Source of the DNA: Armatimonadota bacterium | GTDB taxonomy: Bacteria; Armatimonadota; UBA5829; DTLH01 | Length of the DNA stretch: 23,405 nucleotides | Assembly (NCBI GenBank): GCA_038207085.1 | Contig: JBBRAE010000041.1 | Span: forward strand, 1 to 23,405 | Reading direction: 5' to 3' | Part shown: piece by piece, positions 15,886-23,405 of the stretch | How positions within the stretch are numbered: position 1 is the first letter of the stretch | How the letters are laid out: the number at the start of each line of letters is the position of its first letter | Translations under genes and position numbers: made by a program | Notes under the pieces: generated by a model | Databases searched by the model: none | What the model saw: only the letters and a program-made list of their open reading frames with translations | What the model was told of the DNA's origin: nothing

Positions 15886-17793
15886 ATGCCGGAAGTTCAG
15901 CGAATACTCGACCGCGTGCGGTCGCCACAAGATGTAAAAAGCCTTACCGCAGGTGAGCTTACAGAGCTTGCCGAGGAAATGCGAAGCGAGATCATCAGCA
16001 CCGTCTCACAGACGGGGGGACATCTCGCCTCCAACCTCGGTGTGGTCGAGCTCGCCATCGCGCTGCATACCGTCTTCGACTCGCCCACTGACAAGATACT
16101 CTGGGACGTAAGCCACCAGTCTTACCCTCACAAACTTCTAACCGGCAGGCGGAATAAGTTCCACACGCTGAGACAGCCCGGAGGCATGTCGGGGTTCACC
16201 AAGCGGGAAGAGTCTGAGCACGACCCGTTCGGCGCGGGGCATGCGAGCACCTCCATCGCCGCCGCGCTCGGCCTCGCCAAGGCACGGGACCTGCGGGGGA
16301 CCAATGAGTCGATCATAGCCGTCATCGGCGACGGAGCGCTTACAGGCGGCCTCGCTCTTGAAGGCCTGAACAACGCCCGCGACCTCAACACCGACGCGAT
16401 CATCGTGCTAAACGACAACGAGATGTCCATCTCGGCAAACGTCACCGCGCTCGCCCTTCACCTCACCAAACTGCGCCTCGCCCCCTTCTACCAGAAGGTC
16501 GAGAGCAAGGCCAAGACCGCGCTTGAGAAGTCGCCGCACGGCAAGCTCCTCGCGCGGGCAGCCGAAGGGATCAGCCAGGGCGTTACGCACCTGATCGGGT
16601 CAAAAACCGGGGTCATCTTTGAAGAGTTCGGATTCAGATACCTAGGCCCAATCGACGGCCACAACATCGCCCAGCTCGTCGAAACGCTCGAAAGCGCCCG
16701 AAAAGTAAAAGGCCCCGTGCTAGTCCACGTCCTTACAAAAAAGGGCAAAGGCTACGAGCACGCCGAGGCCAACGCGAGAAAGTTCCACGGAATCGCGCCC
16801 TTCACCGTCGACGACGGCAAGATCGAGCCCACACTCGGCAACGCAAGCTTCACCAAGGCCTTTGGGGAGACTCTGGTCGAGCTTGGCGAGAAGGACCCGC
16901 GCGTGGTCGCGATCACCGCCGCCATGCCCGACGGAACCGGGCTCTCGCCATTCGCTGAGAAGTTCCCGGACAGGTTTTTCGATGTCGGGATCGCCGAAGC
17001 CCACGCCGTCACATTCGCGGCGGGTCTTGCGGCGGGCGGGCTTCGTCCTGTAGTCGCGATATACTCGACGTTCCTTCAAAGATCGTACGACCAGATCATA
17101 CACGACGTGTGCCTGCAAAATCTGCCCGTCATCTTCGCGCTAGACCGCGCTGGGATAGTCGGCGAGGACGGTCCGACCCACCACGGAGTCTTTGACCTTT
17201 CATTCCTGCGACACATCCCCGAGATGACCATAATGGCCGCGCGCGACGCCAACATGCTCCGCGACATGCTCACAACCGCGATGAAGCACAATGGGCCATC
17301 GGCGCTCCGCTACCCCAGAGGCGGCGGCCCGACGGTATACGAGTCGCGCGAACCCTCGCCGCTCACGATCGGCCAGGCCGAAGAGGTCGCAGCTGGCTCA
17401 GACGTCACCATCATAGCGGCGGGCCCGGCTGTGTATACGGCGATCAAGGCCTCAAAGCTCCTAAGAGAACAGGGAGTCTCCGCGCAGGTCATCGACGTGC
17501 GCTTCATCAAGCCCTTGGACGAAAAAATGATCCTGTCCGCCGCCGAAACCACCGGCAGGCTTGTAGTAGTCGAAGAAAACTCAGTCGCCGGCGGTCTGGG
17601 AGGCGCAGTGCTCGAGCTCCTCGCCTCGCGAGGACTACAGATCCCAGTAAAACAGATCGGCGCCCCCGACAGGTTCCTCGATCACGGCTCCACCGCAGCA
17701 ATCAAAAAGTCGATCGGCCTCTCCTCAGACGGCATAATGTCGGCAGTGCGAGAACTCTTGGGGATCAGCAGTCAGCCATCAGCTGTCAGCTAA
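15886..17793 (+). CDS. dxs: 1-deoxy-D-xylulose-5-phosphate synthase
   Basis: GGHLASNLG, WDVSHQSYPHK, GHASTS, GDGALTGG..LNDN (ThDP motif), GPIDGH, DVGIAE and GEDGPTHHG. 635 aa. Confidence 0.97.
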   Translation: MPEVQRILDRVRSPQDVKSLTAGELTELAEEMRSEIISTVSQTGGHLASNLGVVELAIALHTVFDSPTDKILWDVSHQSYPHKLLTGRRNKFHTLRQPGGMSGFTKREESEHDPFGAGHASTSIAAALGLAKARDLRGTNESIIAVIGDGALTGGLALEGLNNARDLNTDAIIVLNDNEMSISANVTALALHLTKLRLAPFYQKVESKAKTALEKSPHGKLLARAAEGISQGVTHLIGSKTGVIFEEFGFRYLGPIDGHNIAQLVETLESARKVKGPVLVHVLTKKGKGYEHAEANARKFHGIAPFTVDDGKIEPTLGNASFTKAFGETLVELGEKDPRVVAITAAMPDGTGLSPFAEKFPDRFFDVGIAEAHAVTFAAGLAAGGLRPVVAIYSTFLQRSYDQIIHDVCLQNLPVIFALDRAGIVGEDGPTHHGVFDLSFLRHIPEMTIMAARDANMLRDMLTTAMKHNGPSALRYPRGGGPTVYESREPSPLTIGQAEEVAAGSDVTIIAAGPAVYTAIKASKLLREQGVSAQVIDVRFIKPLDEKMILSAAETTGRLVVVEENSVAGGLGGAVLELLASRGLQIPVKQIGAPDRFLDHGSTAAIKKSIGLSSDGIMSAVRELLGISSQPSAVS

Positions 17794-17868
17794 CCCGCAC
17801 TATTCACGAACCCCGTGAATAATGCTCTCTTAGCAAGAGCTTTATTCGCTTCACGAATAAAGCGGGCT
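17791..17868 (+). repeat. 78-bp triple-hairpin repeat, copy 1
   Basis: 66/78 identical (hand count) to 18426-18503. Begins at the dxs TAA. Confidence 0.88.
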
Positions 17869-17984
17869 AACGGCTTCGATGCTTCAGTGCCGCCTCCAAC
17901 GCGAACCACTGTTGGATTCCAGTCGTCGGTATGGTAAAATACTTAAGTAAATCGACCGGATGACTATGAGGCTCGCCAACTATT

Positions 17985-18428
17985 ATGAAGCTATCCACCC
18001 GTTCAAGATATGGAATCAGGGCAATGCTTGCTCTTGCTACGCACCTGGGCGCTGACCCTATGATGACCAAAGATATCGCAGAAAAGCAGAACCTGCCCGG
18101 GACATATCTGGAGCAGCTAATGCTCATCCTTAGAAAGTCGGGCCTGGTGAACGCGACCCGCGGGGCCAAGGGTGGTTACGTGCTTGCCCGAAGCGCGACG
18201 GACATCACTATCGCACAGGTAGTAGAGGCGCTCGAAGGCAATATAGACATAGCAGACTGCGCCGACGTCCCAAGCTGCTGCCTTGACGCCAACGCCTGCG
18301 CGCTAAAAGACCTGTTCACCAGAGCCAACCGGGCGCTCTTTGATGTTTTTGACGGGATAACGCTCCGGCAGTTGGCTGAAGATCAGAAGAGCAAAGAGGC
18401 GGCAACCACTCCCATGTATTTTATCTAA
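17985..18428 (+). CDS. Rrf2-family transcriptional regulator (IscR/CymR-like), with a Cys cluster
   Basis: MKLSTRSRYGIRA, YLEQL, RGAKGGYVLA, ALEG and DCADVPSCCLDANAC. Confidence 0.93.
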   Translation: MKLSTRSRYGIRAMLALATHLGADPMMTKDIAEKQNLPGTYLEQLMLILRKSGLVNATRGAKGGYVLARSATDITIAQVVEALEGNIDIADCADVPSCCLDANACALKDLFTRANRALFDVFDGITLRQLAEDQKSKEAATTPMYFI

Positions 18429-18503
18429 CCCGCGTTATTCACGAGAAGCGCGAATAATACTCTGTTAGCGAGAGCTTTATTCGCTTCACGAATAAAGTCG
18501 GCT
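18426..18503 (+). repeat. 78-bp triple-hairpin repeat, copy 2
   Basis: Direct repeat of 17791-17868. Begins at the rrf2 TAA. Confidence 0.88.
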
Positions 18504-18536
18504 CACCGTCGAGAATAGCGCGGTGGGTAGTCATGT

Positions 18537-18580
18537 AGAAAAGGCGCACGGGATAAATATCCCGTGCGCCTTCGTTTATT
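18537..18580. terminator. Probable bidirectional intrinsic terminator between the convergent rrf2 and RRM genes
   Basis: Perfect long stem aaggcgcacgggat-aaat-atcccgtgcgcctt. T-rich tails on both strands. Confidence 0.75.
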
Positions 18581-18602
18581 CGTTAATCAACTAAAAAGTT
18601 GA

Positions 18603-18932
18603 TTACCAGCGACCGCCGCCGCCACCGCTGCTGCGACCACCGCCACCGCCACCGCCGTAGCCACCGCGGCTTCCGCCGCCGCCGCCGCCACTGCTTCTCT
18701 CGGTCTTAGGTCGTGCTTCGTTGACAGTAAGGGTCCTGCCGCCGACTTCTTTGCCGTTCATGGCATCGATAGCTGCCTGCATCTGCTCTGCAGGTATCTC
18801 CACGAACGCGAAGCCTTTGTCTCCGATGACTCTAACTTCAGCCACGGGTCCATAGGGCTCGAACATCGTACGCAGATCATTTTCTGTGGTGCTGTAGGCC
18901 ATGTTGCCTACGTAAAGAGATTTGTTGGCCAA
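18603..18932 (-). CDS. RRM (RNP-1) RNA-binding protein with Gly-rich tail
   Basis: Start re-called to TTG 18932 (MANKSLYVGNM). RNP2 LYVGNM, RNP1 KGFAFVEI, GRTLTVNEARP, then a GGG/R tail. 109 aa. Confidence 0.92.
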   Translation of the reverse strand: MANKSLYVGNMAYSTTENDLRTMFEPYGPVAEVRVIGDKGFAFVEIPAEQMQAAIDAMNGKEVGGRTLTVNEARPKTERSSGGGGGGSRGGYGGGGGGGRSSGGGGGRW

Positions 18933-19074
18933 TTGCTTGCCTTCTTTCCGGGAAATTCCCAGGGTCGTCCAACGATGGACGGTGGCGATATGCCACCTGA
19001 GGGATTCGATCAGCGGGAGAAGGAAGAACAATCTACCGAATGAACGAAGTTCCGAATCGCTACGTTGAATCTCT

Positions 19075-19103
19075 ATGATATTACCACATATAGGCATTTA
19101 CAA
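19075..19103 (-). promoter_or_regulatory. Possible sigma70 promoter for the RRM gene
   Basis: TTGTAA-N17-TATCAT with an AT-rich upstream tract. Implies a 5' UTR of about 135 nt. Confidence 0.5.
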
Positions 19104-19153
19104 ACACGAATTTGAAAATATTTTTTTACTTACGTAAACTAGGAGTGTTTGTT

Positions 19154-19208
19154 GGGTGGCGATTTCCGAATCGCCACCCCAAAGCTAAGACGGGATTTCC
19201 GAATCCCG
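19154..19208. repeat. Pair of REP-like hairpins sharing the core GATT-TCCG-AATC
   Basis: gggtggcgatt-tccg-aatcgccaccc (19154-19179) and cgggatt-tccg-aatcccg (19191-19208). Confidence 0.6.
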
Positions 19209-19388
19209 AAGGGCATAATGCATGGCAATTGACCCACTACGAGTGTCAAAAACTCCCCGATTTACCCTCGACAGGGGTTCGGACGCAGAAGACGCGACTG
19301 TTGAAAATTTGTGTTCCGTCCGTCAAACCAGCTATAATAGCTATTCACTGCACGCTCCAAATACGTGCAAACAGGATTAAGTACTATC

Positions 19389-20003
19389 ATGCATATTACC
19401 TCGGAATTTGTATTAAGTGTAGGCACCATCGATCAGTTGCCCAAGGATAACCTGCCGGAGATTGCGCTGGCCGGACGCTCCAACGTCGGCAAGTCCTCCC
19501 TGATCAACACGCTAGTGGGCAAGACGGGGCTCGCTCGCACCTCCAACACCCCTGGGCGCACCCAGACCCTGAACTATTACCGAATCACTCCCGATGAGAA
19601 GACCGGAAAGCCATTTTTCATAGTCGATATGCCCGGATACGGCTTTGCGGCTGTCAGCAAAGCGAGCCGGGACAGATGGGGCGAGCTAATCGAGCAATAC
19701 CTGACCACGCGACCAAATCTCTGCGCCATCATGCAGATCATCGACCTGCGCCACCCGCCCCAGCCCCTCGATCACACGATGTCTGAGTGGCTGCACAGCA
19801 ACAAGCACCGTTACGTCCTAATCGGCACCAAAGCAGACAAAGTGGCAAAGACCAAAGTCGGTGGGTTGTTGACGGAGGCATCCGAAATCCTGGGCGTCGA
19901 CAGCCAGGACGCGATGGCATTCTCAGCGCCGACCAGACTTGGCCGCGACCAGATCTGGCGCTGGATGATAAGCGTAACCAACCCCATCGACCCTGAGTTG
20001 TAG
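19389..20003 (+). CDS. engB: Ribosome biogenesis GTPase EngB/YsxC/YihA
   Basis: G1 GRSNVGKSS, G2 TSNTPGRTQ, G3 DMPGYG, G4 TKADK and G5 FSA. ATG 19389 preferred as start. Confidence 0.95.
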   Translation: MHITSEFVLSVGTIDQLPKDNLPEIALAGRSNVGKSSLINTLVGKTGLARTSNTPGRTQTLNYYRITPDEKTGKPFFIVDMPGYGFAAVSKASRDRWGELIEQYLTTRPNLCAIMQIIDLRHPPQPLDHTMSEWLHSNKHRYVLIGTKADKVAKTKVGGLLTEASEILGVDSQDAMAFSAPTRLGRDQIWRWMISVTNPIDPEL

Positions 20004-20038
20004 GTCTGTATGCCGATTCAGACTGTATGCTCACATAA

Positions 20039-20193
20039 AAAAAGGGACAAACACCATTTATCTTGACACTCCCTCGGCCGCTCCGCTATACTCTGTCCAT
20101 GCCAAGAACGGCACGTGTAGTCATTGAATGTGTGCCATATCACGTGACCCAGAGGGGGAATCGCCGTCACGTAAAAGGTGTCTGTCCACTTTT
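20039..20193 (+). mobile_element. Miniature remnant of a RAYT/TnpA(REP)-like HUH transposase element
   Basis: 20099-20167 encodes MPRTARVVIECVPYHVTQRGNRR, a typical RAYT N-terminus, and then the similarity stops. Imperfect 21-bp inverted ends at 20039-20059 and 20173-20193 (17/21). Confidence 0.7.
20063..20092 (+). promoter_or_regulatory. Near-consensus sigma70 promoter inside the transposase remnant
   Basis: TTGACA-N18-TATACT, with an ATG 6 nt downstream (leaderless geometry). Confidence 0.65.
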
Positions 20194-20246
20194 ACAAGAA
20201 CGAGCACCGGAGCATAGCTATTTTGCAATTACCTCAGGAGGCAAAG

Positions 20247-21727
20247 ATGACTGGAAGATTCCTGTATTATGCTGTCGTGTACGCAAGGACCATTCCGGCA
20301 CTGTCATTTCTGTCGGTAATAACGCTGTGTATTGCGCCGTTGTGCGCGGAAGGGGCAGGACAACCTATGGTTACCACGCGTGTCGTCACTTATCCATCCC
20401 CACCGGGGGAGACACGCTCAGGTGATTGGGCGGTCGAAGTCAACGGCAGGTCCATGTTCTGTCATACGGTCGGCACACTGAACGGCGGTCCGGCATCATT
20501 CGCGAGCTTTGATTTTTCGGGGACGGTCACCATCAAGGTCATCTCGACGCGCCCGGTGAACACGGCGAAAGCGCTGCCAGCATCTTTCGGCATTACGCCG
20601 ATGGTGAATGGCAAAGAGATTACCTTCACGCTGAACAAGCCGCGTAATGTCACCATCGAGATCAACGGAGGCATTGATCGGGCGTTGCATATCTTAGCCA
20701 ACCCGCTGGAGACCGGCGCGCCGAAGCCCGGTGATCCAAACGTGATCTACTACGGTCCAGGGGTACACGAGGTGGCGACGTTGAAGCTGACGGACAATCA
20801 AACGCTTTACCTTGCTGGCGGCGCCATACTCCGCGCCGTTATCCCTAAAGACGAAAAACCGTTGATCGAACATGGATGGCGTGACCAGAAGAAATACGCG
20901 CCGTTCCTGGTGGCCAGTGCCGCGAAACACGTGAAAATCCGCGGGCGTGGAATCATCGACCTGGGGTTGCTGCCATGGCTATCGCGGAATACGTTTGGGT
21001 TATCCAAGTGCGAGAATCTACTGATCGAAGGCATTACCATCTTGAGTGCGCCGGAGTGGGTTGTTGCCTTGTTCGAATGTAAGAACGTGACCATCCGCAA
21101 CGTGAAGGAGATCTGCAAAGGAGAGAACTCCGACGGCGTGGATATCTGCAACAGCCAGGATGTGCTGGTAGAGGGGGGATTCTATCGGAACAACGACGAC
21201 GAAATCTGTGTAAAGACCACGTTGCCGCCGCCAGCGCAGGAATCGAAAAACATCATCGTCCGGGGTGCCGTCATCTGGAACGAACACGCGCGGGGGCTTG
21301 GGATAACCTCTGAGACGCGAGCCAACATCTCGAATGTCCTGTTCCAAGATTGCGACATCATCCACGACCTCGGCAATTGGAGTTGCCTGGCCATCTTGGT
21401 ATCCGATTCCGGTACCATGAGCAACATCCGTTTCGAGGATATTCGGATCGAAGACACTCAGTCGGCAGTCTTCGACTGCTGGGTCGGCGCGGACCAATGG
21501 GCCACGACCCGCAGCGCGGCCACATCAACGGCGTGACATTCAAGAACATTACGGTCACCAGCCCCACCATCCCGGTCTCCCGCCTCACGGGCTGCGACGC
21601 GGCGCACCAGATCGAAAATGTCACTTTCGACCACGTGATTATCGGCAGAAAACTGGCCAGCTCGGCCGGGGATCTGAAACTGCAGATGAATGCGTTTGTG
21701 AAGAATGTACGGTTCTTGGCGAAATGA
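20247..21727 (+). pseudogene. Secreted GH28-like / pectin-lyase-fold beta-helix glycoside hydrolase, frameshifted
   Basis: GGAGG plus ATG at 20247 and a hydrophobic N-terminal segment. Motifs YYGPGVH, IRGRGIID, NSDGVD and NNDDEICVK. The frame shifts at the GGG run 21499-21501; the C-terminus (GHINGVTFKNI..VKNVRF) is in ORF 21350-21727. Confidence 0.78.
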
Positions 21728-21842
21728 AGGACGTGTCGTTGGTTGGGGAAGGCGTTCCTGATTCTATTCTCTTTCTATGCTTCGGTGCGCCAAGTTAAGC
21801 TCACCTGATTCTCCGGCCTGGAAGTGGCCGGTCTGTAATTGC

Positions 21843-23225
21843 GTAAGAGTTCACTCTTCGTGAGTATTACTTACATGTAGGAAGACGCTCATGAGTGTAG
21901 TCCTGGTCTTGGAGCCGTGTGCCGAACGGGTTCCTCCGCTAATCTTTCGGGCAATCACGGCCGGTCTTATGGCCCTCTCAGCGGCATTGTTCCCTGATGG
22001 GCAACCAGGATATTGCACAAACGTGAACAACTCTCCCAGATGCCGGTCGATTCTCTTTGCAAGCGTGTGCTCCAGTGGCGCATAGCGCCAGCCTTTAAGA
22101 GACGGCGCGGATAGCGCCGTCGATGTGGTGCAGTCTTGTCTTTTAGATAAGGCTGGGCAATCGACAGTATTCGCAACTCCAACTCCTGGCGAAATCGGAC
22201 TCGCATAGCCTCGGGAAAGCCGCGCCGTGCTATCTTCTTGGCTGCTTTATACAGCGCAATTATCGAATCCACCCACGCCCGTACACTCTCATTACTGGGA
22301 TGAGTCTCCACAAGCTTCTTCAGGTCACGCAGGAAATGAGGCCAGCACCGCTGGATTGGGCCGCTATACCAGTTGTAGCCCCCGTAGAAGTCGCAGAGCA
22401 TCACACCCGAGAAGCACGCTCCAAACAACCTCTGGGCTACAGCACCCGCGCGGGAGCGCTCCAAGTGAAAGTATCTCAGCTCCGGTGTGAACAAACTCCA
22501 CAGATAACCGTTGATGCCGTCTTCACGCCATCCTGTCTCATCACCATGAGCATGAGGGCTGCCCCGAATCCCTCGCAGTATCCACTGGACCGTGCCCGTT
22601 GCAAACCCGGCTACTTTGTGAAGCAGTTCGGTGATCTCACCAAGGGATATATGAAGTCCGTAAAGGCCCTCAAGCAGCTTCTGTATAGACCGAAGCGGCA
22701 TCCTCTTGGCTATGGCGAGCGTGGCGATGAGGCTTGTCAGCCTTATTCCCATCCTGGACTTGCCGATCACACCGTCTTTAGCACAGAGTGTCGGGATATA
22801 GTCCTTCTGGCACACCCCGCACGCCTGGAGTGTATCCAGCCACCACAGAGCCCCCGGCCACAGTCAGGACAGATATCGACGGTATGGCGGACCTCACGGG
22901 TCGAAATCTCGAGCTTCCTCGTAAACGACTGCTTACGTTTCTTACGCTCTTCACGCTCAGCAGCCCGACGCTCGGACCGGTTCGGCTTCACCCACTCAGG
23001 AGTGGATGGCTTTGCCCCGCCTCCCATGCCCAGACGAGCACGAAGATCCGCGGTCTCTTTCTCAAGAGCCGCTACACGCTCCCGCAGTTCCAGGATGATC
23101 GATATCAGTTCTTCCCGACTCAGTTCGTCCACGCATGCTACTTCGACAACTCCCTAATTTGTACATCCATACTATGAGTGAACATGCAAACTTTTTTCTG
23201 TTTCTCAGGAAGAGTGAACTCTTAC
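21843..23225 (-). mobile_element. IS66-family insertion sequence (single-ORF type), degraded
   Basis: 22-bp terminal inverted repeats GTAAGAGTTCACTCTTC(G/C)TGAG at 21843-21864 and 23204-23225 (21/22). No target-site duplication is visible. Confidence 0.9.
21851..23132 (-). pseudogene. IS66 DDE transposase pseudogene
   Basis: Coiled coil, CPDCG, CGVC, HGDETGW, CDFYGGY, QRCWPHFLRD and NNAAERAIRPAVIARKISGG. Broken near 22821 and by a 53-bp insert at 22073-22125. C-terminus is short. Confidence 0.9.
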
Positions 23226-23405
23226 TCATAAGCGTCCAACCAACTTTATATGAAGCAAGTCACTCGCGTGAGGGGCGTCCGCTCTTTTGATATGGGCCTG
23301 TTTGGCCGATTATCTATACTAAGAAGCGTCGCCGATGCGCGTAGAAAGGTAAGGCGGAAAAATGCCTAACCTATGCAGCAGCTACAAAATAAGGGGCTGC
23401 CCGGC

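Noticed and set aside
17791..18503. CRISPR array, or integron attC sites
   Set aside because: There are only two long repeats separated by a gene, no cas or integrase gene, and no clear RYYYAAC..GTTRRRY ends.
18606..18695. GGC/GGT-rich tandem repeats
   Set aside because: They simply encode the Gly-rich tail typical of RRM proteins.
20063..20425. 120-aa ORF as a functional transposase
   Set aside because: Only 23 residues resemble RAYT, and no HUH or catalytic Tyr region is present.
23362..23405. Possible gene start (MPNLCSSYKIRGCP) at the window edge
   Set aside because: Too little sequence to support a call.

Overview
High-GC bacterial DNA, probably from an anaerobe. About 14.6 kb of the minus strand is one redox gene cluster. 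In transcription order it reads: sigma70-type promoter; a ~375-nt leader with a terminator/antiterminator switch; a divergent MvhD-like gene; a MetF-like gene lacking the usual catalytic residues; three glutamate synthase large-subunit (GltB)-like genes (a degenerate FMN-barrel paralogue, an intact FMN-barrel subunit, and an amidotransferase+GXGXG fusion); hdrC; hdrB; a 1470-aa HdrA/HdrL with an embedded GltD-like NAD(P)H module; mvhD; metV. The cluster probably continues past base 1. The best candidate for a new system is a split glutamate synthase wired into an Hdr/MvhD/MetV flavin-bifurcating complex. The rest of the window holds a secreted M14 peptidase, dxs, an Rrf2 regulator, an RRM RNA-binding protein, engB, a miniature RAYT-like transposase remnant with an intact promoter, a frameshifted GH28-like beta-helix glycosidase and a degraded IS66 element. 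Intergenic regions carry several families of structured palindromic repeats, one copy of which now encodes the peptidase C-terminus. All calls come from reading motifs by eye; no searches were run.
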